Source: an uncultured Dehalococcoidaceae bacterium (GTDB lineage Bacteria > Chloroflexota > Dehalococcoidia > Dehalococcoidales > RBG-16-60-22). From it: 41,161 nucleotides of DNA. The DNA lies in assembly GCA_964584575.1 (NCBI GenBank), contig CAZPAS010000002.1:5826-46986 (forward strand), in the 5' to 3' direction. Both the position numbers and the translations under genes were made by a program. Every line of letters starts with the position of its first letter. Position 1 is the stretch's first letter. The notes beneath the pieces were generated by a model. It saw only the letters and a list, made by a program, of their open reading frames with translations, was not told the DNA's origin and did not search any database. Of this stretch, positions 8,823 to 17,448 are shown one piece after another.

Positions 8823-8865
8823 GTCACCCTGTGGGAAATAAGTTAATTCAACCGGGAGTAAAAAT

Positions 8866-9408
8866 TTGTTTAGTAAAGTGATGCAGAAACTGGATCACTG
8901 GATGGCTCGCATCACCGGCAGTCTTCTGCTGTTGTGCGGGGGGCTGGTATTGCTGATGGCGTGGCTTCAAACCTACGGCGTGGTAAAGAGATATGCCTTC
9001 AATGCTCCCGATCCCCTCGCCTATGAGCTCAGTACGATGTTCCTTCTCTTCAGTGGCGTCCTGGCCGTAGCCGGGGTGGAAAAGCTGAACCAGCATGTCA
9101 GGAACGACCTTATCGCCTCCCGTTTTCCAACCAGAATGAAGGCTATCGTTAATACCATCTTCCCTGTTTTGGCGCTTGTTTTTTGCGTCGTACTTACCTG
9201 GAAGAGCCTGGATAACGCGATTTACGCGCTACAAATCGGCCAGACCAGCATGTCGCCCTGGGCGGTGCCATTAGCCCCGTTAAAATTCATGGTAACCTTT
9301 GGTTATACCCTGCTCTGTCTCGTACTTATCGGGAAATTTGCACAAGGTATAGTTTTAATCAGGGACAGTGGGAAACACAACCAGGTGGAAGAACCACAAG
9401 ATTCATGA
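8866..9408 (+). CDS. dctQ: TRAP transporter small permease
   Basis: Four hydrophobic segments and position between dctP and dctM. TTG start 7 nt after a GGGAG SD. Confidence 0.8.
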   Translation: MFSKVMQKLDHWMARITGSLLLLCGGLVLLMAWLQTYGVVKRYAFNAPDPLAYELSTMFLLFSGVLAVAGVEKLNQHVRNDLIASRFPTRMKAIVNTIFPVLALVFCVVLTWKSLDNAIYALQIGQTSMSPWAVPLAPLKFMVTFGYTLLCLVLIGKFAQGIVLIRDSGKHNQVEEPQDS

Positions 9409-9430
9409 TAATTAATAAATCGAGGTAGTA

Positions 9431-10732
9431 ATGGACTTTACAACAGCAGCTATCGTGTGCGTTGTCGGAATGCTTTTTCTAATGCTGATGGGCATGCACG
9501 TCATTTACGCCCTGGGATTTACTGCCCTATTTGTTGCTTATTTTACCTACGGAGCTTTCAGCCTGGATAAAATAGGCTGGACCACGTTCAATACTCTCTA
9601 TAACATAAACTGGATACCCCTGCCCCTGTTCGTTCTTATAGCCTGTCTTATTTCCGAAACGAAAATAGGTGAAGACATCTACGGAGCCGCCCGGAACTGG
9701 CTGTCACGCGTCCCCGGGAGTCTCATTGTTACCAGTATCTGGGGTGAAGCCGCTATGGCCGCTGCAATCGGTACGAGTACCGCCACTATCTTAGCCGTGG
9801 GGAAAGTGGCTGCACCGGAATTTGAAAGATACGGTTATGATAAGGGACTGGCGATGGGCGGTTTATGCTGCGGCGGCGTGCTCGGGCCCTTAATCCCACC
9901 CAGCGCCGGCATGATTATCTATGGCGTTCTCTCGGAGACATCCATCGGGCATCTCTTCATGGCAGGCATGGTACCGGGGGTTATGCTGGCCCTGATGCTG
10001 GCGGCGGTAGCCATTATCATCTGCTGGCGTAATCCGAAGCTCGGTCCTCCGATTGGCGGAGTCGCCTGGAAAACGCGTTTCTCCTCACTAAAGAGAGTCT
10101 GGCCAATCGTGGTGGTGATGCTCTCCATACTGGGTTCGATTTATATGGGCGTAGCCTCTCCAACCGAAGCCGCCGGCGTCGGCTGCGTGGTAGTGCTGAT
10201 AATAGGTTTCTTCGTTTTCGGCCTGCGCTGGCAGGGTCTCAAGCGGGCTTTACTTGAAACGGCAATCATCAACGGTATGATTCTGTTTATGATGGTCGGC
10301 GCCTGGCTGTTTTCCTACGTTATCGGCACTTCTCACGTGGTTACTGCTATCACCGGTTTCGTTACATCATCAAGCATGTCTCCGTGGTTTGTGATTATCG
10401 CCATAAATGTCCTTCTCCTGATTCTGGGCTGCTTTATCGACGCCATCACTATTATGCTGCTGACGGTACCTATCTTTGTTCCTATAATCGTCGCGCTGGG
10501 TTTTCACCCGGTATGGTTCGGCGTTCTGTACGTGGTCAACATGCAGATAGGCTTGATTACTCCGCCGATGGGACTGGAACTGTTCCTGATGAGGACCGCC
10601 TTTGATATCCCCGTGGACAAGCTCCTCCGAGGGGTAACGCCTTTTCTGATTGCCCTGTTCGTATTCCTGGCTATCTTAATAGCATTTCCCCAGATAAGTC
10701 TCTGGCTTCCCGGTATGATGAGGGGCGGCTAA
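9431..10732 (+). CDS. dctM: TRAP transporter large permease
   Basis: 433-aa polytopic protein with a DctM-like layout. GAGG SD. Confidence 0.9.
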   Translation: MDFTTAAIVCVVGMLFLMLMGMHVIYALGFTALFVAYFTYGAFSLDKIGWTTFNTLYNINWIPLPLFVLIACLISETKIGEDIYGAARNWLSRVPGSLIVTSIWGEAAMAAAIGTSTATILAVGKVAAPEFERYGYDKGLAMGGLCCGGVLGPLIPPSAGMIIYGVLSETSIGHLFMAGMVPGVMLALMLAAVAIIICWRNPKLGPPIGGVAWKTRFSSLKRVWPIVVVMLSILGSIYMGVASPTEAAGVGCVVVLIIGFFVFGLRWQGLKRALLETAIINGMILFMMVGAWLFSYVIGTSHVVTAITGFVTSSSMSPWFVIIAINVLLLILGCFIDAITIMLLTVPIFVPIIVALGFHPVWFGVLYVVNMQIGLITPPMGLELFLMRTAFDIPVDKLLRGVTPFLIALFVFLAILIAFPQISLWLPGMMRGG

Positions 10733-10845
10733 TAATATATTAGGATACCAACTAACTTTTCACATACGCATGCCTGCAATGCTATCCTACCCGCCTGCGC
10801 CTGACAAAATTGCGTGATTATTACGGATGAAGGAGGTTATTTACC

Positions 10846-11595
10846 ATGTCCACTCCACGAGATTACTCCGCGTTTGATAAATTAAATCTGGAAAGGAAGC
10901 CCGTAGGCGTCAAGTTTACGGCACTCAAACCGGAAGGAATTAACCGGATACGGGAGAAAAGGTTCCTCTGCGAGATGTTCAAGGAGGCACAGGAAGGAGA
11001 CCCCTTTTACGTCCAGGAAGAGGATTTCTTATGCGTCGAGCCGGTGATATTGGGAATGAAAGACCCGGAAACGGCGCTCGTCAGCGGGGCGGCAGGTGGA
11101 GGTGCGGGGCTTTTTAAAGAGCCGCGCGCCAACAGTAAACTCTACCGGTACGTTCCCAGGATGCTCAAGGGTTCGGTCAAGTATGTCGCCTTTTCCCCCA
11201 TCGACAAGTTGACCTTCGACCCGGATGTCGTGATTATAACCGCCAACGTAAGTCAGGCGAAGTCTATCTTAAGGTCGGACTGCTATACCTCCGGGGAAGG
11301 CTGGTCATGCCACGGAACGCCCGTGATGGCCTGCTCCTGGCTCTATGTCTATCCGGTCGTCACCGGCAAAATGAATTTCACGATTACCGGACTCAGCCTG
11401 GGCATGGAAGCAATCAACGTGCAGATACCGGAGGGACTTTTCCTCATTTCCATTCCCTGGAACATGATGCCGACGGTACTGGAAAACCTGCAGGACCCCA
11501 ATCTGTACCGCAGCTGGCGTTCCTCGGGGAGAGAGGAACACTCTAAAAAATGGGAGAACCGGCTGAACCAGCTACACCAGGAACTGTCCGGTTAA
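10846..11595 (+). CDS. DUF169 family protein, tandem copy 1
   Basis: DYSAFDKLNLERKPVGVKF, FDPDVVIIT, SQA and CSWLYVYP motifs. GAAGGAGG SD. Confidence 0.8.
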   Translation: MSTPRDYSAFDKLNLERKPVGVKFTALKPEGINRIREKRFLCEMFKEAQEGDPFYVQEEDFLCVEPVILGMKDPETALVSGAAGGGAGLFKEPRANSKLYRYVPRMLKGSVKYVAFSPIDKLTFDPDVVIITANVSQAKSILRSDCYTSGEGWSCHGTPVMACSWLYVYPVVTGKMNFTITGLSLGMEAINVQIPEGLFLISIPWNMMPTVLENLQDPNLYRSWRSSGREEHSKKWENRLNQLHQELSG

Positions 11596-11607
11596 CAGGA
11601 GGTTGAT

Positions 11608-12351
11608 ATGCAGCGCGATTATTCCGTTTTTGATAAATTCAAGTTCGAAAGAAAGCCCGTGGGCATCAAGTTTCTACTGAATAAACCGGAAGGCATCAAG
11701 CAACTGGATAAAGGGCTAACCTTTTGCGAGATGCTCCGGGAAGCCCAGAAATCGGAGCCTTTTTACGCCAAAAAAGAGAATTTCACCTGCATGGGACCGC
11801 GACTGCTGGGCATGAGCGACCTGGAACCGATTGCCGAGAGCGGAGAAATCGGCGCTTCGGACGGAATCTACCAGGAAGCCCGGGCCAACCGGAGAATCTA
11901 CCAGCACATCCCCAAGCTGGCCAAGGATACGGTCAGATACGTCGCCTATTCTCCGGTGGACAAGCTTACCTTCGAACCGGATGTCGTGGTTTTCACAGCC
12001 AGCGTGAGTCAGGCGGAGGTTCTCCTGCGGGGACTGGCATATGCCACCGGCAGGATAATGACCACCAGAACCACCCCGGCGGTGGTATGCTCCTGGTTGT
12101 TCGTCTATCCCTTCGTCAGCGGCGAAGCCAACTACTCGATTACCGGACTCGGCTACGGCATGAAAGCCAGGAATGTATTCCCGGAAGGACTGATCCTGAT
12201 TTCCGTACCCTACGACCTTCTCCCCGGGCTGACGGAAAATCTGGGCGAGATGAAATGGGAGCTTCCCGCCTATGCTCTCAAAGACGATGAGAGAAACGAC
12301 TATTTTAAGAAAGCCATGGAAGCGATAATGAAACGCTATATGGATAGCTGA
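11608..12351 (+). CDS. DUF169 family protein, tandem copy 2
   Basis: DYSVFDKFKFERKPVGIKF, FEPDVVVFT and CSWLFVYP motifs. AGGAGG SD 12 nt after the previous stop. Confidence 0.8.
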   Translation: MQRDYSVFDKFKFERKPVGIKFLLNKPEGIKQLDKGLTFCEMLREAQKSEPFYAKKENFTCMGPRLLGMSDLEPIAESGEIGASDGIYQEARANRRIYQHIPKLAKDTVRYVAYSPVDKLTFEPDVVVFTASVSQAEVLLRGLAYATGRIMTTRTTPAVVCSWLFVYPFVSGEANYSITGLGYGMKARNVFPEGLILISVPYDLLPGLTENLGEMKWELPAYALKDDERNDYFKKAMEAIMKRYMDS

Positions 12352-12375
12352 TATAGATATCACAGGGAGGTTGCT

Positions 12376-13134
12376 ATGAGAAAGTACAGGACAGATTTAT
12401 CCGTCTTCAGCAAGCTTGACCTGGAATATCCACCGGTGGGCGTCAAGTTCCTGGTTACCCGACCGGAAGGCATGGAGCAGCTGGATAAAGCCATGCCTCT
12501 GTGTGCGATGGTTAAGGAAGCGCAGGATAGAGACAAGCCTTTCTATATCACCAGCGAAAACGAGAACTGCGGCGGCAGGTCGACGCTGGGGTTCGAAGGC
12601 CCTTCTCCGATTGCGGAAAGCGGGCAGGTGGGGATAAAGTACGGTATCTTCCAGGAGGCGCGCGCCAACGGCAAGATGAACCAGCAGGCCCCGAAGTTCC
12701 CCATGGGCACGGTCAACTACGTGGCTTTCGCCGGGCTGGACAAGCTCGACTTCGAGCCCGACCTCCTGTTCATCGTTGCGCCTACCAGTCAGGCGGAAAT
12801 AGTACTGCGGGCGGCGAGCTATTCCACGGGAGAAATCTGGTCGAGCAAGATATCGATGGTGGGGGCATGCGCCTGGATGTTCACCTATCCGTTCCAGAGC
12901 GGCACTATCAACTACGTACCCACGGGACTTACCTTTGGCATGAAGTCATGGAAGGTCTACACGGAGGGATTCATTATATTGTCCATCCCGTATAACTGGC
13001 TGCCGGTCATTGTCCAGAACATGAACCAGATGGAATGGGTGCTGCCTTCGTACATGGATACGTCGGAGGAATTCCTCGCCCGGCATAAAAAAGTGATGGG
13101 AGAACTCGCCAAAGAGTTCATGAATCCCGAATAA
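12376..13134 (+). CDS. DUF169 family protein, tandem copy 3
   Basis: DLSVFSKLDLEYPPVGVKF, FEPDLLFIV and CAWMFTYP motifs. GGGAGG SD. Confidence 0.8.
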   Translation: MRKYRTDLSVFSKLDLEYPPVGVKFLVTRPEGMEQLDKAMPLCAMVKEAQDRDKPFYITSENENCGGRSTLGFEGPSPIAESGQVGIKYGIFQEARANGKMNQQAPKFPMGTVNYVAFAGLDKLDFEPDLLFIVAPTSQAEIVLRAASYSTGEIWSSKISMVGACAWMFTYPFQSGTINYVPTGLTFGMKSWKVYTEGFIILSIPYNWLPVIVQNMNQMEWVLPSYMDTSEEFLARHKKVMGELAKEFMNPE

Positions 13135-13172
13135 ATTTCGCCCCTGAAACGACCCCGTACCACGCTCCGGCA

Positions 13173-13181
13173 TGCTATAAT
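13173..13181 (+). promoter_or_regulatory. extended -10 element TGCTATAAT, 11 nt upstream of the mutS2 ATG
   Basis: Read directly. There is no SD between it and the ATG at 13193. Confidence 0.45.
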
Positions 13182-13192
13182 ATACCTGCGTT

Positions 13193-15538
13193 ATGGACAG
13201 TAAAAGCCTGGAAATGCTGGAGTTTCCCCGGATACGGGAAATAATAGCCGGCTATACCTCGTTCTCGACGAGCCGGGTGCTTGCCGACGAACTGCGGCCG
13301 CTGCAGGACTACGAGGCTATTTCCCGTCTCCTCAATCAGACGGCAGAGGCGCGCTCGCTGCTCGGACTCGATGCCGGATTCTCCATCGGAAACGTAACGG
13401 ACGTCCGCGACAAGGCGCGCCTGGCGGCGCTGGAAGGCATCCTGGAACCGCTCAGCCTCCTGGAAATCCAGCAGACCCTGGCCGCCCTGCACGAACTCAG
13501 GCGTTATCTCAAGAGCATCTCGGAAGACTTTCCACTACTCTGGGATATCGGCGAAGGCATTACCGAACTGCGCCAGATTGAAAAAGACATCGCCGGTTGC
13601 CTTGACCCGGCAGGAGAAGTGCTGGACACGGCATCACCCGCCCTGGCGGATATACGCCGCCAGCTGCGGGACACCCGCGGGCAGATACTGGAAAAACTGG
13701 AATCCATCGTAAGGTCGCCGCGGGGCAATCGCATCCTCCAGGAAGATATCATCACCGAGCGGGAGGGCCGTTACGTCCTCCTCGTCAAGATGGAGTCCCG
13801 CCACGAAATCAAGGGAATCGTCCACGATATATCCAACACCGGCGCCACGGTCTTCATGGAGCCCACGTCCACGGTGGGACTGGGCAACGCCATACGGGAA
13901 CTGGTCATCGAGGAAAGGCGCGAGACGGAGCGAATCCTGCGTATCCTCAGCGCCGAGGTCGGGGCGCACAGCGAAGATATCTGTCAGAGCGTAGAACTGG
14001 CGGCGGAAATCGACCTGATATTCGCCAAGGCGCGGTACGCCCGGCGGATAAAGGCGGCGGAACCGGAGATAATCAAGCCGGACGCGCCGAAGAAATCCGG
14101 CTACCTCAAACTGGTGGACGCGCGCCACCCGCTGCTCGGGGACAAAGCCGTGCCGTTCTCGCTGGAAATGGGACATGACTTTTCCATAATAGTAATCACG
14201 GGACCCAATACCGGCGGCAAGACGGTGACGCTGAAAACAATCGGGCTGCTCAGCCTGATGGCGCAGGCGGGCATACCGATTCCCGCCTCGGCAAAAAGTC
14301 ACCTGCCGCTGTTCGACGGCGTTTACGCGGATATCGGCGACGAACAGAGCATCGAGCAGACGCTCTCCACCTTCAGCTGGCACATGGGTAACGTCGTGCG
14401 CATCGTCAGGGGGGCAACCGGGAAGAGCCTGGTGCTCCTCGACGAACTGGGGACAAGCACCGACCCCGCCGAAGGCTCGGCGCTGGCGCAGGCGGTATTG
14501 AGGTACTTCCTCGACCGGGGTACGCTGACGGTCGCCACCACGCATTACAGCGACCTCAAGGCATTCGCCCACACCACCAGCGGACTGGAGAACGCCTCGC
14601 TGGAGTTCGACGCGGAGACACTCACCCCAACCTATCACCTGACGGTAGGGATACCGGGGGGCAGCAATGCTATGGCGACCGCCGCCCGCCTGGGCATACC
14701 GCCGGAAATCATCGATAACGCCCGCAGCACGCTTTCCAAAGGCAGCCAGGAACTCGAAGAAATACTCGCCGACCTCATGGCGGAGAAGCAGAAAATAACC
14801 TCGCTGGAAAGCGAACTGAAGAAAGAGCGGGACGGCTACGCGCGACTCAACAGCGAATTGAACAGCGAGCTGGAACGGCTCAAGTCCGAAGAACAAATCG
14901 CTTTACGGGAGGCGCGGGACACGATTGTCCGCGAGGCGGCGGAACTGCACCGCGAAATCCGGCAGGCAGCCGCGGAACTGCGTAAGGAAAAGTCCGCCGC
15001 CAGCACCGAGGAGGCCAGGCGCACCCTATCGCGGGTACGCGAGCAGCTGGACGGCGAAACCTGGCAGCCCAGGGTGGGAAACATCCCGGAGGCGGACACG
15101 GGGAAGATAGAAGTCGGCGATACCGTGCGCGTCAGGGAAGCCGGCCTCACCGCCACGGTGCTTTCGATTTCGGAAGAAACAGGAGAAGTCGAGATACAGT
15201 CGGGCAGGACCAAGATGCGACTGGGGCTGGACGCCGTGGCGAAAACACAGCCGCAGGAAACGGTATCTCCGGCGGGAAGCCAGCCTGTCGCCAGACGCGT
15301 TCCGCTGGAACTCGACCTGCGCGGCAAGCGCGCCGATGAAGTAGAAACGGTGCTCGACAGCTATCTCAACGACGCGGCGCAGTCCAACCTCATGGAAGCA
15401 CGTATTATCCACGGCGTCGGCACGGGCACGGTGAGAAGCATCGTGCGGGAATTTCTCACCGGGCACCCGCTGGTCAAGTCTTACCGCGCCGCCACGCGCG
15501 ACGAAGGCGGCGAAGGCGCGACGGTCGTACGACTTTAG
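13193..15538 (+). CDS. mutS2: endonuclease MutS2 (MutS ATPase plus C-terminal Smr domain)
   Basis: 781 aa. Walker A GPNTGGKT, DELGTSTDP, a coiled-coil middle region, and Smr LDLRGKRADEV...IIHGVGTGTVRSIV. Confidence 0.95.
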   Translation: MDSKSLEMLEFPRIREIIAGYTSFSTSRVLADELRPLQDYEAISRLLNQTAEARSLLGLDAGFSIGNVTDVRDKARLAALEGILEPLSLLEIQQTLAALHELRRYLKSISEDFPLLWDIGEGITELRQIEKDIAGCLDPAGEVLDTASPALADIRRQLRDTRGQILEKLESIVRSPRGNRILQEDIITEREGRYVLLVKMESRHEIKGIVHDISNTGATVFMEPTSTVGLGNAIRELVIEERRETERILRILSAEVGAHSEDICQSVELAAEIDLIFAKARYARRIKAAEPEIIKPDAPKKSGYLKLVDARHPLLGDKAVPFSLEMGHDFSIIVITGPNTGGKTVTLKTIGLLSLMAQAGIPIPASAKSHLPLFDGVYADIGDEQSIEQTLSTFSWHMGNVVRIVRGATGKSLVLLDELGTSTDPAEGSALAQAVLRYFLDRGTLTVATTHYSDLKAFAHTTSGLENASLEFDAETLTPTYHLTVGIPGGSNAMATAARLGIPPEIIDNARSTLSKGSQELEEILADLMAEKQKITSLESELKKERDGYARLNSELNSELERLKSEEQIALREARDTIVREAAELHREIRQAAAELRKEKSAASTEEARRTLSRVREQLDGETWQPRVGNIPEADTGKIEVGDTVRVREAGLTATVLSISEETGEVEIQSGRTKMRLGLDAVAKTQPQETVSPAGSQPVARRVPLELDLRGKRADEVETVLDSYLNDAAQSNLMEARIIHGVGTGTVRSIVREFLTGHPLVKSYRAATRDEGGEGATVVRL

Positions 15539-15550
15539 CAGGAGATTGTT

Positions 15551-16303
15551 TTGTCTTTAGTATCCGGAAAACTGACCTTGAATCGTGTCAGAATAATGGC
15601 CTTCCTTGACGAGCTCGCCGGCACTCCCGTAAACGAAGCTGTAACTCTCTATATACCACCCAATACCTCTGTCGAAGAACTCGGCAATTCTTTTAAAAAA
15701 ATATCCGAACCGACGAATGTCATGGCAGAACTTACCAAGATTGCCGGGAGTAGCAAAACAGGCGCCGTTATCTTCTGGGGTAAAGAGCGTAAGCTCGCCG
15801 TCCTGCCGCCGTTCCCGATTACCGAGCGACAAATATACCTGTTCGTCGATACACAAGAGCTACGTTCGATAATCGAACATGACCGCCGGATTGCCCTGGT
15901 GCTGGTACGATTGGGCTCGTACGCGGTCGGAGTGTGCGAAGGCGAAAAAATGGTCGGCATCAAGGTCGGCACGGGACTCGTGCATGGACGCCACCATAAG
16001 GGCGGCTCGTCGGCGCACCGCTTCGAGCGTCACCGGGACAAGCAGATAGAATATTTCCTGACCCGCGTATGTCAGCGCAGCCGGGAACGAATCGAACCTT
16101 ATGTAAAGTCGCTGGACTACGTCGTCTACGGAGGCGCCCGCACCACCATACAGTTGCTCAAGAAACAGTGCTCATTTATCGGTCGACTGGAAACACCTGC
16201 CCTGCCGCCGCTTTACGATATACCGGAGCCACGACAGGCGGTGCTGGAAGACGCTGTGAAACGCGTGTGGTCGAGCACGGTCTACGAATGGCGGGAGGAC
16301 TAA
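15551..16303 (+). CDS. Vms1/ANKZF1-like (VLRF1, Actinobacteria/Chloroflexi type) eRF1-fold peptidyl-tRNA hydrolase homologue
   Basis: TTG start 6 nt after an AGGAG SD and 12 nt after the mutS2 stop. The central segment GLVHGRHHKGGSSAHRFERHRDKQIEYFL matches the KGGxSxxRFxRxR signature recalled for VLRF1 domains. Confidence 0.7.
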   Translation: MSLVSGKLTLNRVRIMAFLDELAGTPVNEAVTLYIPPNTSVEELGNSFKKISEPTNVMAELTKIAGSSKTGAVIFWGKERKLAVLPPFPITERQIYLFVDTQELRSIIEHDRRIALVLVRLGSYAVGVCEGEKMVGIKVGTGLVHGRHHKGGSSAHRFERHRDKQIEYFLTRVCQRSRERIEPYVKSLDYVVYGGARTTIQLLKKQCSFIGRLETPALPPLYDIPEPRQAVLEDAVKRVWSSTVYEWRED

Positions 16304-17001
16304 GAGGTTACGTTAATCAACTCCTTAAGTCGTTCAATCGCCGGCGGCATTACCTCGCCGATAGCCTCGGAAAAACGCAGATGGGCATTATCGTCGTACG
16401 GGGTCTCGCCCTGGTTGATGATGACCAGCTTCGCCCCCGCCTGCAAAGCCACCCGCGGCATGTCCGCCGCCGGATAGACCACCAGGCTGGAACCGACGAC
16501 GACAAAAAGGTCGCACTGCTGCGAATGCTCGTAAGATTCCGCCAGGTCCTTGGCGGGTAAAGACTGCCCGAAATCCACCACGGTGGACGCCAGCTTGCCG
16601 CCGCACAGCGGGCATTCCCGCTCGCCCTCCACCCTGTCCATCTTGAACTCGCACTCGGTGCAGCGCACCTTGGTCAGGTTGCCGTGGAGTTCCGCCAGCA
16701 GTTCCGGCCTGATGCCGGACTGCAGGTGCAGGTTGTCCACATTCTGGGAAATTAGAAAGGCAAGCTTGCCCAGTTCCTGAAGCTCGTGGATAGCCACGTG
16801 CCCGGCGTTGGGCTCGGCGGACGTAAAGTCCTGTTTGGGGGTGGAAAGCCCCTTGTCCCGGCGCGTCCAGAGTCCGTCCGGTCCGCGGAAGTCGCGCAGT
16901 CCGGATTCCGTGCTGATGCCGGCGCCGGTAAAGACCACCAGGTATTTCGACTCCAGCATCCATTGTGCCAAATCATTAATTCGCTGGTGTAAATCGGACA
17001 T
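16300..17001 (-). CDS. NAD-dependent protein deacylase (Sir2 family sirtuin)
   Basis: FTGAGISTESGLRDFRG, QNVDNLH, zinc ribbon CTEC...CPLCGG, VVVGSSLVVYPAA. The ATG at 17001 is preferred over the TTG at 17022. Confidence 0.9.
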   Translation of the reverse strand: MSDLHQRINDLAQWMLESKYLVVFTGAGISTESGLRDFRGPDGLWTRRDKGLSTPKQDFTSAEPNAGHVAIHELQELGKLAFLISQNVDNLHLQSGIRPELLAELHGNLTKVRCTECEFKMDRVEGERECPLCGGKLASTVVDFGQSLPAKDLAESYEHSQQCDLFVVVGSSLVVYPAADMPRVALQAGAKLVIINQGETPYDDNAHLRFSEAIGEVMPPAIERLKELINVTS

Positions 17002-17058
17002 GAGAAAATGGCTCCATATCAATAATATCGTGGGAATCAGGGCACGTCAATTGTAAGT

Positions 17059-17436
17059 CTATTTCATCTGTTTGAGAGCCTGCCGGAACATGTCGCGGTG
17101 ATGTTTCTCCCGCTCGAAGGCAATCCGGAAGGACTCGGCGGCTTCCTGCCTCCCCTCCTCCTCCGCCTCTTTGATAAACTTGGGATACATGGAAATGATT
17201 TCGAGGTTTTCTCCCTCGGCCGCCTCTTGCAGGTTCTCACGGGTAGTCCTGACGACGTCCATGGCTTTAAGGTGAGTTAGAGCATGTACCACCTCGGCGC
17301 CGGCCGCCTCGCGGAAAAGCTGGGCCATCTCCGTCAGCCCTTCGTTAATAGCCTGATGCGCGTAGGCGAGATATTCGATATTGGTCTGACTTTCATCCGC
17401 GAAAGCTATCTTCAGGTTTTCGTCGGTCTTCGCCAT
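17059..17436 (-). CDS. rubrerythrin/ferritin-like diiron domain protein without a rubredoxin domain
   Basis: NLKIAFADESQTNIEYLAYA and a second E..H helix pair. 125 aa. GAAGGAGG SD. Confidence 0.7.
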   Translation of the reverse strand: MAKTDENLKIAFADESQTNIEYLAYAHQAINEGLTEMAQLFREAAGAEVVHALTHLKAMDVVRTTRENLQEAAEGENLEIISMYPKFIKEAEEEGRQEAAESFRIAFEREKHHRDMFRQALKQMK

Positions 17437-17448
17437 CCCGTACCTCCT

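Noticed and set aside
10733-10845. The 113-bp gap between dctM and the first tandem DUF169 gene as an internal promoter or operator.
   Set aside because: No convincing -35/-10 pair or extended palindrome is present, only short GCATGC and GGATA/TATCC fragments. This cannot be distinguished from a simple spacer.
13634-14896. A 420-aa ORF antisense to mutS2. Similar long antisense ORFs occur at 7-783, 11716-12363, 22855-23895, 29957-30895, 32862-33599, 37879-38607 and 38632-39441.
   Set aside because: Each lies fully inside a gene with clear family motifs on the other strand. Their translations are Arg/Gly/His-rich and low in complexity, they have no recognisable motifs and no SD. These are typical antisense open frames in GC-biased coding DNA.
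16300-16303. 4-nt convergent overlap of the VLRF1-like gene (TAA) and the sirtuin gene (TAG) with no terminator between them.
   Set aside because: The overlap is real in the sequence but common in compact genomes. There is no evidence of regulatory significance.
16300-17001. Sir2-domain protein as part of an anti-phage defence system (Thoeris/DSR-like).
   Set aside because: It is a compact canonical sirtuin with a zinc ribbon and deacylase motifs. It has no fused sensor, SLOG or TIR partner, and its neighbours are housekeeping or iron genes.
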